Positions 26,275 to 36,069 of a DNA stretch of 48,149 nt are shown here, one piece after another. The number at the start of each line of letters is the position of its first letter. Position 1 is the first letter of the stretch. The position numbers and the translations under genes are program-made. The DNA lies in contig JAOPWG010000163.1 in NCBI GenBank assembly GCA_025965775.1, positions 1-48,149 on the forward strand. Reading direction: 5' to 3'. The notes under the pieces are model-generated. The model was not told the origin of the DNA, made no database searches, and saw nothing but the letters and a program-made list of their open reading frames with translations. This DNA comes from Modestobacter sp. (lineage in GTDB: Bacteria; Actinomycetota; Actinomycetes; Mycobacteriales; Geodermatophilaceae).

Positions 26275-27447
26275 CTAGCCCTGTACGCGGATCCGGCGGC
26301 CGACCCGGTCCTGACGGACGTAGTTCTCCAAGCGCTGGATCAGCGGATCGGTGACCACGGTCCCCCGGCTGATCAGGAGGACGCCCTCCGACGTGAGCAC
26401 GTCATCGAAGACCACCATGCCGGCTTCCAGCCGAAGCACATCGACCTCCCGCGGCGGCCCCTGCGCCTCGGGCGCATCGTGGCAGGCGGCCAGGGCTTCC
26501 AGTACCCGGGGATCGTAGGCGCCGGCGTCGGCCTGCAACGCGGTGATCGTGGCCTGCACCGATGGCCGCTGGGACATGCCCGCGTCGAAGTCGGCCGCCA
26601 GCCGCAGGATCCGCGCGGCCAGGGGCAGGTCCTCGCCGCGGGGCACCCCGGGGGCCGATCCACTCCCGTCGAAGCGGGCGCGGTGGAGTCCGATCGCCTG
26701 CGCCACGCCTTCCAGCCGAGGGATCGTGGCGACCAGGTCGCGGCTGATCCCGGGGACCCGGCCGGCCATCTCCGCCTCGTCCTCGTCCAGCGGCCGCCCG
26801 GCATCCAGCTTCGCCAGGACGTTCGGCGGCAGGGTCACCGAGCCGAGGTGGGACAGCATCGCCGTCACCTCGAGGTCCCACGGCTCCTCCACCTGCAGCA
26901 CCCCGGCGAGCTCGGTGACGGTCCGGGTCACCCGCACCGCACGACCGAACGCTGCGGGTTGCGCGAGCGACAGCGTGGCCACCAACGCTTCGACCGTGCG
27001 GCGGAGGGTCGTGCCGAGCAGCTCCTTCTCGGCGGTCACGAGACGGTTGAGCTCGACCGCGCTCCCGATCTCCTCCAGGAGCACCTCGGGCGGGCACGGC
27101 TTCGTGAGGAAGCGGTAGATCTGCCCCTCGTTGACCGCGGTGATCGCGGCCTGCGTGTCGGCCTGACCGGTCAGGAGGATCCGCACGACGTTCGGGTAGA
27201 GCGAGCGGACGCGGGACAGGAAAGTCGCCCCATCCATCTGGGGCATGCGCATGTCGGAGACGACAACGGCAACCGACTCCGATTCCAGAAACTCGAGAGC
27301 CTTCGCACCGCTGTTGGCGGTGTGCACCGTGAATCTCTTGCGCAACTGGCGCCGCAGACCGTCCAGGATGGCCACCTCGTCGTCCACCAGGAGAATCGGC
27401 GTGGTGTCGGCCGCCGCCCGGGACGGCAGACCGTCAGAGAAGATCAT
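26275..27447 (-). CDS. Response regulator with degenerate HD-GYP-like output domain
   Basis: LLVDDE, VVSDMRMP, FLTKP receiver; AMLSHLG in place of HD, RFDGSG..., LPLAARIL; SD AGGAG before ATG 27447. Confidence 0.87.
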   Translation of the reverse strand: MIFSDGLPSRAAADTTPILLVDDEVAILDGLRRQLRKRFTVHTANSGAKALEFLESESVAVVVSDMRMPQMDGATFLSRVRSLYPNVVRILLTGQADTQAAITAVNEGQIYRFLTKPCPPEVLLEEIGSAVELNRLVTAEKELLGTTLRRTVEALVATLSLAQPAAFGRAVRVTRTVTELAGVLQVEEPWDLEVTAMLSHLGSVTLPPNVLAKLDAGRPLDEDEAEMAGRVPGISRDLVATIPRLEGVAQAIGLHRARFDGSGSAPGVPRGEDLPLAARILRLAADFDAGMSQRPSVQATITALQADAGAYDPRVLEALAACHDAPEAQGPPREVDVLRLEAGMVVFDDVLTSEGVLLISRGTVVTDPLIQRLENYVRQDRVGRRIRVQG

Positions 27448-27448
27448 C

Positions 27449-27651
27449 AGAACTCCTGGATTGCGCTTGTCGATGAGCCGGCGAAGTGCTGCCTCACTGT
27501 CCTTCGGCACGCGCCCGATCGGGCTCAAGCAGAGGAGGCTCCGGCTCTGTCGATGGCTCCCATCGAGAACGCGTGATCAATCGGACGGCACCCTGCGACG
27601 AGGTCTTCAGTGCTCGGACAGGGATCCGGATCGGCAATCGCCAGGAGTTCT
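27449..27651. promoter_or_regulatory. Divergent intergenic region bounded by inverted repeats, with a central palindrome
   Basis: AGAACTCCTGG (27449-27459) and CCAGGAGTTCT (27641-27651); TCGATGG-CTC-CCATCGA at 27550-27566. Confidence 0.55.
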
Positions 27652-27652
27652 C

Positions 27653-29269
27653 GTGCACAAGAATCATCGCGCCGTCGTCACTGCCGCGCCGGTCGTCGCG
27701 GCCACCTCGTGGGGGGGCCGCCGGTCGACCGACGGCGCGGTCAGCCGGCCGGCCGTGAGCGACCGCGTCGGCGAGGAGGCCGCCCGGGAAGGCGACGTCC
27801 GCGGCCGCGTCACGGACGCGGGTGACAAGCAGCTGCTCATGGCGGCCTACGTCGTGGGGATCGCTTCGGCCGGGCTCTTCCTGATTGCGCCCGCGGGCAG
27901 CGCCTGGCAGGTCGGCGCGTGTGCGCTGCTGCTCCTCACTGCCGGCCTCGTGGCGGCGCATGCCAGGACCTCGCCGAGACTTCGCCTGCTGAGCGCCCGC
28001 CTGGACGAGGCGGACGAGCGGCTCACCGTCCAGGATGCCGAGCTCGCCCGCTGTGCGGCCATCCTGTGCTCCACCGATGACTCGATCGTCACGATGTCGC
28101 TGGACGGCGTGATCACCGACTGGAATCCAGCGGCGGCGGAGCTGTACGGCTACACCCGGGCCGAGGCGCTGGGGCAGCCGGTCACGATCCTCGGTGCGGC
28201 GGACCCCGCGGACGTCCTGGCGACGCTGGGAGGAGTCGTGGCCGGTGCGCCGGCCTCGTTCGAGGCCCTGCAATTCCGCAAGGACGGCACCGCGGTACAG
28301 ACCTCGGTGACCCTGGCCAGGATCTGCGACCGGGGCGGTGTGGTCAGCGGTGTGGTGGGGATCGTCCGTGACATCGGTGACCAGAAGACGCGCGACGCGG
28401 AGTTCCACCAGGAGTCCAAGCTGGAGTCGCTGGGTCGGCTGTCCGCCGGCCTGGCGCACGAGATCAACTCGCCGATCCAGTTCGTCGGGGACAACGCCCG
28501 CTTCCTCGAGGAGGCCTACGAGGAGCTCATCCGCGTGGTCGGGGTCTACCGGGGGTTGCTGGACACCTCGAGCCCGATCGGTTGGATGGAACGGCAGGAG
28601 CGGGTGCGCGAGGCCGAGTCCAGCATCGACTTCGACTACCTGCAGAAGGAGATCCCCAGCGCTGTCGAGCAGACCCTGGAAGGGATCGACCGGGTGTCGA
28701 CGATCGTGCGGGCGATGAAGACCTTCAGCCATCCCGGTCACAAGGAGCAGGTGCCGGCCGACCTGAACGAGGCGGTGGCGGCCACCGTCACGGTGACCCG
28801 CCACCAGATCCATGACGTCGCCGACCTGAGCCTCCAGCTGGCCGACCTGCCGCCCGTTCGGTGCAACGTCGCCGACCTGAACCAGGTGTTCCTCAATCTG
28901 ATCGTCAACGCTGCGGACGCGGTCGAGGAGACCGGGCAACGCGGCCTGATCACCGTCGCCACGGCAGTGGACGGCGAGGACGTCGTCGTCCGGATCAGTG
29001 ACACCGGCGGCGGTATCCCGGACGACGTGCGCCCGAAGATCTTCGACCCGTTCTTCACCACCAAGGACGTCGGCCGCGGCAGTGGACAGGGACTCCCGCT
29101 GGCTCGTGGGGTCGTCCAGGAAGGCCACGGCGGCAGCCTCACCGTGGAGTCGGTCCTCGGGCTGGGCACCACCTTCGTGGTGCGCATCCCGATCGACGGC
29201 CTGGTGCAGGAGGACCCGGCCGGGGCTGATCTGTCGGGTTCGTCGCTGACCGCCGCGGGCGTCTCCTGA
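27653..29269 (+). CDS. PAS-domain sensor histidine kinase (NtrB-like)
   Basis: Two TM helices, PAS (WNPAAAELYGY, RKDG), H-box GLAHEINSP, N-box QVFLNLIVNAAD, DTGGGI, FDPFFTTK, GQGL; start uncertain. Confidence 0.9.
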   Translation: MHKNHRAVVTAAPVVAATSWGGRRSTDGAVSRPAVSDRVGEEAAREGDVRGRVTDAGDKQLLMAAYVVGIASAGLFLIAPAGSAWQVGACALLLLTAGLVAAHARTSPRLRLLSARLDEADERLTVQDAELARCAAILCSTDDSIVTMSLDGVITDWNPAAAELYGYTRAEALGQPVTILGAADPADVLATLGGVVAGAPASFEALQFRKDGTAVQTSVTLARICDRGGVVSGVVGIVRDIGDQKTRDAEFHQESKLESLGRLSAGLAHEINSPIQFVGDNARFLEEAYEELIRVVGVYRGLLDTSSPIGWMERQERVREAESSIDFDYLQKEIPSAVEQTLEGIDRVSTIVRAMKTFSHPGHKEQVPADLNEAVAATVTVTRHQIHDVADLSLQLADLPPVRCNVADLNQVFLNLIVNAADAVEETGQRGLITVATAVDGEDVVVRISDTGGGIPDDVRPKIFDPFFTTKDVGRGSGQGLPLARGVVQEGHGGSLTVESVLGLGTTFVVRIPIDGLVQEDPAGADLSGSSLTAAGVS

Positions 29270-29469
29270 CGTCCCCGTTCGGCTCCGGCACTCCCCTTCC
29301 GCCCTGGCCCACGCCAGGGCGGGAGGGGTCCCGACGCGTGCCGACGGGAGCGGCCGCCAGGGGGCACGGTGACGCCCGCGCGTCCGGACGCCGTGCACGA
29401 TCGGCCGCCTCGATGGCCAGCATCGAGGACCCGTGGTCAACCAGACGGCGCGCCGTGTCGCCTCTCCAG

Positions 29470-29790
29470 AGGGGTGTGGCTGTCGGTCGATGACTTCGGC
29501 ACCGGCTACTCGTCGCTGTCCTACCTCAAGCGGCTGCCGGTGCACGAGGTCAAGATCGACCGGAGCTTCGTCACCGGGCTCCGAGAGCAGGGCGAGGACG
29601 TCGCCATCGTCCGCGCGACCGTCCACCTCGGCCGGCACCCCGGGCTGGAGGTCGCCGCCGAAGGGGTCGAGGACCAGGCGACCTGGGACCTGCTGGACTC
29701 CATGGCTGCGACCTGGTGCAGGGCCGGCGCCTTGCCCGTCCGATGCCCACCGGCGAGCTCCTGCCGTGGCTCGCCGTCCGTGAGAGGGCC
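29470..29790 (+). pseudogene. C-terminal remnant of an EAL phosphodiesterase domain
   Basis: [31 protein letters not shown]...AEGVED, then frameshift near 29703 into GCDLVQG..ARPMP; N-terminal half absent. Confidence 0.8.
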
Positions 29791-29942
29791 GCCACCCGGG
29801 CGGCCTGCGCGCCGTGTGACCCGGGGCCCGGGGTGCGCGGCCGTGACTGGCGAGGTGGCCCGCTGACGCGGAACTGAGCTCCGGGCCAACCATGAGGTCG
29901 AGAGACCCTCCACAGCCGCTGCCCGGGGTCGAGACTGGCGAG

Positions 29943-30665
29943 ATGACCCGCCGCGTCCCCCGGACAGCGCTCGTCCTCGGCGCCGTGTTCGTCGTCGTCC
30001 TCGCCGGGCTGGTCGCCTGGATGACCTACTCCGGCGGTTCCGGCGCGACGGGAGCCGGCTTCCGCGCCGGCGCCGCGGGCTCAGCGGGGAGTGGATCCTC
30101 GGAGGGTCCGGGCGCCGCCCCCGCAGCCGAGCCGCCCGGCGTCCTTCCGCTGTCGGTGACCCTGCCCGTGCGGAACCCCGGCGTCACCGATGCCAACCTC
30201 AGCACGACCGTCTGTACGGGCACGAAGAAGTACCGCCCACCGGTGTCCTACACCGACATGATGAAGCAGATCGAGCTGGCCACGCCGGTCGGCTCGTTCG
30301 GGCAGATCACCGATCCGCGCAACGGACAGGTCCGCCAGGTGCCGGGCTACCGCGGCTACGCCGGTCTCGGACCGCCGGACGCCGACCGGGTCGAGCTCGA
30401 CCACTTCCTGCCGCTGTCCGACGGCGGGGACGGCTACGACCCCACCAACCTCTGGCCCGAGATCGGCGGCACCGCCGACGCCCCGCTGACCGGGTACGAC
30501 GGGCAACCGGCCAACAGCCGGGTCAAGGACCGGCTCGAGGACTACGTCTACCGCCAGCTCTGTCCGCACGGAGGCGCCCGGCAAGGGATGACCCTCGAGC
30601 AGGCCCAGGCGCTCTACGAACCCGACTGGTACGCCAGCTACGTCCGGCTCGGCCGGCCGGATTGA
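29943..30665 (+). CDS. Membrane-anchored protein with HNH-like (His-Me finger) domain
   Basis: N-terminal TM, Gly/Ala linker, ELDHFLPLSDGG...NLWPE...KDRLE...LC. Confidence 0.65.
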   Translation: MTRRVPRTALVLGAVFVVVLAGLVAWMTYSGGSGATGAGFRAGAAGSAGSGSSEGPGAAPAAEPPGVLPLSVTLPVRNPGVTDANLSTTVCTGTKKYRPPVSYTDMMKQIELATPVGSFGQITDPRNGQVRQVPGYRGYAGLGPPDADRVELDHFLPLSDGGDGYDPTNLWPEIGGTADAPLTGYDGQPANSRVKDRLEDYVYRQLCPHGGARQGMTLEQAQALYEPDWYASYVRLGRPD

Positions 30666-31098
30666 CCGAAACGGCGACCCAGCCTGCTGGGACGTCCCTG
30701 TGCACGAACTGGGTCTCATCTCCGAGGTCAGCCCTTGGGCTGGACGGCCGGTGGCGGGGCGACGACCATCGGCAGCGGCAAACGCGCCATCGCGGCGCCT
30801 CCCGACCCTCGCCGCGTGGCGCACGCATCGAGGTCTGCGTGGTCATGGCACACGTCATCAGCACCAACAGCGCAAGGGCTGCCACGGGGAGCCTCCCGCC
30901 CGGCCGACGGCGGCTGCTCCGGGCGGCCCCACTGCGCCTCGCCGCTCCCGTCGGCGGAAAGAGCGCGCTTCCTCCCCGGTCCTCCGGGGGTGCGGGCCGC
31001 GCGAGGACCCGACCCGATCCGCGGGAGCACCGCTGGTGTCGGGACGCCGACGTCGACGCCGGGTCACTGTCGACCGCGCTGTCGCGGGAGCGGCACTG

Positions 31099-34000
31099 AT
31101 GCTCGGGGTCGGGACCGTGCGTGCCCTGACCGGCCTGGGACCGGGACTGGTCGGCGCTTCGGCGCGGGCGTCGTGGGACCTGGCCGGCGGCACGGTGTCC
31201 GCCGTCGCGCGGGCCGGCCGGGCGATGGCAGCAGCACCGGCCGCGGTGGTCCGGGAGGCCACGGCGTTGCTGGACCGGGAACCGGCCCGTCGGGTGTGGT
31301 CTGCCGAGGGTCGGGCCCACCTGGAGGTCTGGGGACTGGAGGATCCGGTCGCCACGGCCGTGGCGACCGGGGTGCAGGACACCCTGAAGGCACTCAGCGG
31401 TGTGTCCTGGACCCGCGTGGACGTGGTGACCCGCCGGGCAGTGGTGCGGTTCGATCCGGCACAGCTGACCATCGAGGACCTCCTCGCCGCAGTCGAGAGC
31501 GGTGAACGGGCCGCCGGTGTCACCGACCGCGGATACCCCCACGACGATCCGAGCTCCCCGGCAGACGCCGCCCCGGTGGCGGCCCAGGCGTGGGCGCTGG
31601 CCGCGGACCTGGCTGGTCTGTCCACGGCAGTCGCCGGGCGGGTGGCACGACTGCCGTCGCTGCCGGGCAGCGCGGCCGCAGCAGTGGTGCTGGTGGACAA
31701 CCAGCCCCGGCTCCGTCGGTTGGTGGAGATGCGGCTGGGCCCGTCGGCCACCGACCTGGTGATGGCCCTCTCGAACGCGGTCGCATGGGGCCTCACCCAG
31801 GGGGCACCCTCCCTGGTCGTCGACAGCGCACAGCGGGCACGGGGGCTGCTGGCCGCGCGAGCCCGGCGGGCGGCGTTCATCGCCCTCGAGGGCGAACTGT
31901 GGGACGAGGAACGGCCGGCCCGCCACGCGCTCCTGGACCGGACCGCGCGGCCGGTGCCGTTGCCGGCCGGACCGGTGGAGCGCTGGGCCGACCGGGCCGC
32001 GGCGGGGTCGTTGCTGGCCGCCGGTGGCCTCCTGGCCGCGACCGGCAGCCTGGGACTGGCCGGGCAGGCACTGCTCATCGGGGCGCCGAAAGCAGCCCGG
32101 GCCGCGCGGGAGGCGTTCGCCGACACCCTCACCGGCGGATTGTCCCGCCGGGGCCTGGTCGTCCTCGACCCGGCCGCGCTGCGGCGGCTGGACCGGGTGG
32201 ACACAGTGCTGGTCGACACCGCCGTGCTGCACGATGACCGCCCGTTGGTCGTGTCGGCCCAGCCGACCGCGGACCGCTGGACTGCCGAGCACGTGTGGAG
32301 CACCAGCCAGCGGCTGCTGTCGGCCGAGACGCACCTGCCCGTCCCGCCGCCTCGAGGTCGGCAACGCCCGCTGGTGCGTCTCGTCCCGTCGCCCGACCAG
32401 GTCGACCGTGGGCTGTCCCGGCGTCTGCTGCTCGAGAACGGCACACCGGTGGGGAACGTCCTGGTGGGCACGGAGCTCGATCCCTATGCCGACGCGGTCG
32501 TGACCAGCGGGCAGTCCAGCGGGCTCCGGCTGGTCCTGACGCCCGACGCCGCCGCACCGGAGCTGGCCGGCCGGGCCGACGAGGTCCTCGACGGAGCCGG
32601 TCGACTCCTCGACGAGGTGCGGCGGCTCCAGGGCGACGGGCAGGTCGTAGCGCTGATCTCGGCCCAGGAGGATGCGTTGGCCGCGGCGGACGTGGGCATC
32701 GGCATCGTCCCGCCGCGGGGAAGGGTCCCGTGGGCGGCGGACCTCCTGTGTGGCCCGGGACTGGCCGACGTGCCGCGGCTGCTCGCCGCCATCCCGGCCG
32801 CCCGCGCGGTCAGCTCCCGCGGGGTCACCACAGCGACGGCCGCGACGTTCCTCGGCGGGTTGCTCACGGCGGTCGGCGGCCCCGGCCGCGGTTCCCGGGC
32901 TGTGCTGCCGGTCACCACTGCGGCAGCGGCGACCCAGCTGTTGGGCACCGCGGCCGCCCGCCGGATCTGTCGGCAGCCGGCACCCGAGCCCGTGCACCAC
33001 ACCCCCTGGCACGCCTTGGAGGTCGATGAGGTGCTGGCCCGGCTGCCGTTCCCGGCGCCCGGGACGGGCATGCCGCACGACACCGGCCTCGCGGGCAGGC
33101 TCGGACCCGGAGGCCGGGCCGTGGTGGCCCCGTTGGCGGCATTGGCGCGCAACGTCGCCGCGGAACTGGTCGACCCGCTGACCCCGGTGCTGGCCACCGG
33201 GGCGGCGGCCTCGGCGGTCATCGGATCGCCCACCGACGCCGTACTGGTCGGCGGGGTACTGGCTGCCAACGCGGTGATCAGCGGCGCTCAGCGACTACGC
33301 GCCGACCAGGCGCTGCGGACCCTCCTGTTCGACGAGCAGTTGCTCGCCCGCGTGGTCCTCCCCCCGCCCGCTCCCGACCCGGGCCAGGACGGAGCCGCCG
33401 GAGTCCGGGGTGGACGGGTCGACGCCACCGTCGGACCACCACGTCAGGTCCCCGCCGGTGCCTTGCGGCCGGGGCAGGTCATCGACCTGCAACCCGGGGA
33501 CGTCGTGCCCGCTGACGCCCGGCTGCTGCGCCAGGACATGCTCGAGGTCGACGAGGCCGGCCTCACCGGCGAATCGGTGGCCATCCCCAAGCAGACGGAG
33601 GCAGCTCCCGGCGCCGAGCTGGCCGACCGGGCCTGCATGGTCTACGAGGGGACCACCGTGCTCACCGGCACAGGTCGGGCCGTGGTCGTCGCGGTCGGGG
33701 CGGCCACGGAGGCCGGCCGGGCGCTCGCCCTGGCCGGGCGCGCCGGTGCCCCGGTCGGGATGCAGGCCCGGCTGGAGGAGCTGACCCGCCGTGGACTGCC
33801 GGTCACCCTCCTCGGGGGTGCTGCAGTGACCGGCCTGGCGGTGCTGCGCGGTCAACCGTTGCCGCGAGCGATCGCCTCGGGCATCAGCGTCGCGGTGGCC
33901 GCGGTTCCGGAGGGCCTCCCGCTGGTCGCCACGGTCGCCCAGTTGGGCGCGGCCCGTCGACTGTCCACCCGCGGTGTGCTCGTCCGCTCAGCCCGCACCG

Positions 34001-35676
34001 TGGAGGCTCTGGGCCGGGTCGACACGGTGTGCTTCGACAAGACCGGCACGCTCACCGAAGGCAGGCTCCGGCTCGCCCGACTGGCCGGGCTGAGTGAGCA
34101 GTGGCCACCCGACTCCGCCCGGGGACGGCGGATACTCCGGGCCGCGGCCCAGGCCTGCCCGCGGGCGGACAACGGCCAACCTGCCGCGCATGCAACGGAC
34201 CAGGCCATCCTCGACGCTGCCCAGCGCATCCTGGGAAGGCAGATGCACCAGGACTGGGTGGAGCTGTCCGAGCTGCCGTTCCAGTCCGAGCGCGGTTTCT
34301 CCGCGGCCCTGGGCCGCACCAGCGACCGGGTGCGTCTGGTGGTCAAGGGGGCCCCCGAGGTGCTCCTGCCGCGCTGCACCCACGAACGAGATGACAGCGG
34401 GAAGCGACCGCTGGACCGGCAGGGCCGCGACCGGGCGACCCAGATGGTCCACGATCTGGCGGCCCAGGGACTCCGCGTGCTGGCGGTAGCCCGCCGGAAC
34501 GTCAGCGAGGCGATCGCCGACACCAGCCCTCAGCCGGGGGTTGCCGACCCCGAGGAGCTGACCGAGGACCTCACCTTGCTCGGCTTCGTCGCCCTGGCCG
34601 ACATCGCCCGGCCGGAGGCCGCGCCGACCATCGCCGCCCTTCAGGACGCCGGACTGTCCACCGTCATGATCACCGGTGACCATCCGGTGACCGCCCACGC
34701 GATCGCCGCGAGCCTGGGGATCCCCGCCGCCCGGGTGGTCACCGGACCCGAGCTCGCCGGGCTGGACGACGCAGCCCGGACCGCACTGGTCAGCCGGGCC
34801 GGTGTGTTCGCCCGGGTCTCCCCGGAGCAGAAGCTGCGGATCATCGCCGCGTTGCAACACGCCGGTCGGGCCGTGGCGATGACCGGTGACGGCGCCAACG
34901 ACGCCGCTGCGATCCGCCTGGCAGACGTCGGCATCGGGATGGCTGCGCACGGCTCGACGTCCGCACGCACCGCCGCGGACCTGGTGTTCACCACACCGGA
35001 TGTCAGCCTGTTGCTGGACGCACTCGTCGAAGGCCGCGCGATGTGGGGTCGGGTCCGTGATGCCGTGGCGATCCTGCTCGGGGGGAACGCCGGCGAGGTC
35101 GGGTTCACGATTGCCGGGACCGCGCTGGCCGGACAGGCCCCGATCGGGACCCGCCAGTTCCTGCTTGTCAACATGCTCACCGACCTGTTGCCCTCGATGG
35201 CCATCGCGCTGGCTCCCACCCCGAACGGGCCGGCCGAGCGCCACGACGTACTCGCCGGTGGGGTGCCCTCCCTGGGCGCGCCGTTGATGCGCGACATCGC
35301 CGTCCGGGGGGTGGCCACCGGCGCAGGGGCGCTGGTCGCCTGGCAGATCGGTCGGGTGACCGGGACCCGCCGCCGAGCCAGCACCATGGCGCTGGCCGCG
35401 CTCGTCGGCACCCAGCTGGGTCAGACCCTGCTCGTCGGCGGCCGCAACCCGGTGGTGCTGGCCACCGGGATCGGATCCACCGCGGTGCTGGCTGCGATCG
35501 TCCAGACACCGGGCGTGAGCCAGTTCTTCGGCTGCACCCCGATGGGCCCGTTCGCCTGGCTCACCGTCGCCGGCTGCGCCGCGGGCACCACCGTCCTGGC
35601 CGCAGTGACCGGTCGCCTGCTACCCGCTGCCGAGCATCACGGGACGAAGGAACCGGACATCAAGGAGCCCCGATGA
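31099..35676 (+). CDS. Very large cation-translocating P-type ATPase (mycobacterial CtpH/CtpI-like)
   Basis: LTGES, VPEGLP, DKTGTLT, KGAPE, ITGDHP, TGDGANDA, LVNMLTD; about 1525 aa with degenerate N-terminal half; SD GGGAG before ATG 31099. Confidence 0.9.
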   Translation: MLGVGTVRALTGLGPGLVGASARASWDLAGGTVSAVARAGRAMAAAPAAVVREATALLDREPARRVWSAEGRAHLEVWGLEDPVATAVATGVQDTLKALSGVSWTRVDVVTRRAVVRFDPAQLTIEDLLAAVESGERAAGVTDRGYPHDDPSSPADAAPVAAQAWALAADLAGLSTAVAGRVARLPSLPGSAAAAVVLVDNQPRLRRLVEMRLGPSATDLVMALSNAVAWGLTQGAPSLVVDSAQRARGLLAARARRAAFIALEGELWDEERPARHALLDRTARPVPLPAGPVERWADRAAAGSLLAAGGLLAATGSLGLAGQALLIGAPKAARAAREAFADTLTGGLSRRGLVVLDPAALRRLDRVDTVLVDTAVLHDDRPLVVSAQPTADRWTAEHVWSTSQRLLSAETHLPVPPPRGRQRPLVRLVPSPDQVDRGLSRRLLLENGTPVGNVLVGTELDPYADAVVTSGQSSGLRLVLTPDAAAPELAGRADEVLDGAGRLLDEVRRLQGDGQVVALISAQEDALAAADVGIGIVPPRGRVPWAADLLCGPGLADVPRLLAAIPAARAVSSRGVTTATAATFLGGLLTAVGGPGRGSRAVLPVTTAAAATQLLGTAAARRICRQPAPEPVHHTPWHALEVDEVLARLPFPAPGTGMPHDTGLAGRLGPGGRAVVAPLAALARNVAAELVDPLTPVLATGAAASAVIGSPTDAVLVGGVLAANAVISGAQRLRADQALRTLLFDEQLLARVVLPPPAPDPGQDGAAGVRGGRVDATVGPPRQVPAGALRPGQVIDLQPGDVVPADARLLRQDMLEVDEAGLTGESVAIPKQTEAAPGAELADRACMVYEGTTVLTGTGRAVVVAVGAATEAGRALALAGRAGAPVGMQARLEELTRRGLPVTLLGGAAVTGLAVLRGQPLPRAIASGISVAVAAVPEGLPLVATVAQLGAARRLSTRGVLVRSARTVEALGRVDTVCFDKTGTLTEGRLRLARLAGLSEQWPPDSARGRRILRAAAQACPRADNGQPAAHATDQAILDAAQRILGRQMHQDWVELSELPFQSERGFSAALGRTSDRVRLVVKGAPEVLLPRCTHERDDSGKRPLDRQGRDRATQMVHDLAAQGLRVLAVARRNVSEAIADTSPQPGVADPEELTEDLTLLGFVALADIARPEAAPTIAALQDAGLSTVMITGDHPVTAHAIAASLGIPAARVVTGPELAGLDDAARTALVSRAGVFARVSPEQKLRIIAALQHAGRAVAMTGDGANDAAAIRLADVGIGMAAHGSTSARTAADLVFTTPDVSLLLDALVEGRAMWGRVRDAVAILLGGNAGEVGFTIAGTALAGQAPIGTRQFLLVNMLTDLLPSMAIALAPTPNGPAERHDVLAGGVPSLGAPLMRDIAVRGVATGAGALVAWQIGRVTGTRRRASTMALAALVGTQLGQTLLVGGRNPVVLATGIGSTAVLAAIVQTPGVSQFFGCTPMGPFAWLTVAGCAAGTTVLAAVTGRLLPAAEHHGTKEPDIKEPR

Positions 35677-36002
35677 CCACCGCCGCCTCCCCCACGGCTG
35701 TCACCCCGGGGCGTCCGGCCCCCCAGCGCCGGCGCAAGCCAGGCGGCCCCCACCAGCGCGCCGCGCAACGCGCCGTCGAGGCCAACGCCACGCACCTGGG
35801 CTTCCACCTCGGCGATACCGCCATCGAGATCACCCTTCCGCCGCCGGACAAGCTTGCCTTCTACGCCGGCCTGGTCGCAGCTGCGGCCCTCGGCGTCGTC
35901 GACTGGCCGATCGCCCTGGTCACCGGCCTGGGCCACCTGCTGTCCGACGACCAGCACAACCGCAGCCTGCACGCACTCGGCGAAGCACTCGACGCCGTCT
36001 GA
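35673..36002 (+). CDS. Small membrane protein with DWP motif (resembles Rv0424c)
   Basis: PPPDKLAFYAGL...GVVDWPIAL..GHLLS...LGEAL; ATGA-coupled to the ATPase. Confidence 0.8.
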   Translation: MTTAASPTAVTPGRPAPQRRRKPGGPHQRAAQRAVEANATHLGFHLGDTAIEITLPPPDKLAFYAGLVAAAALGVVDWPIALVTGLGHLLSDDQHNRSLHALGEALDAV

Positions 36003-36069
36003 GGCCAGCCGGTCGCGGTGGACATACCCGCCCTCCCGCACCGACCGTCCGCCCACCCCAGGAGGAACC

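Noticed and set aside
27245-27652. Longer start for the histidine kinase
   Set aside because: Overlaps the divergent regulator; SD-supported GTG at 27653 preferred
30700-31098. Extra N-terminal extension of the P-type ATPase
   Set aside because: Arg/Pro-rich non-coding-like translation; a better SD and ATG lie at 31099
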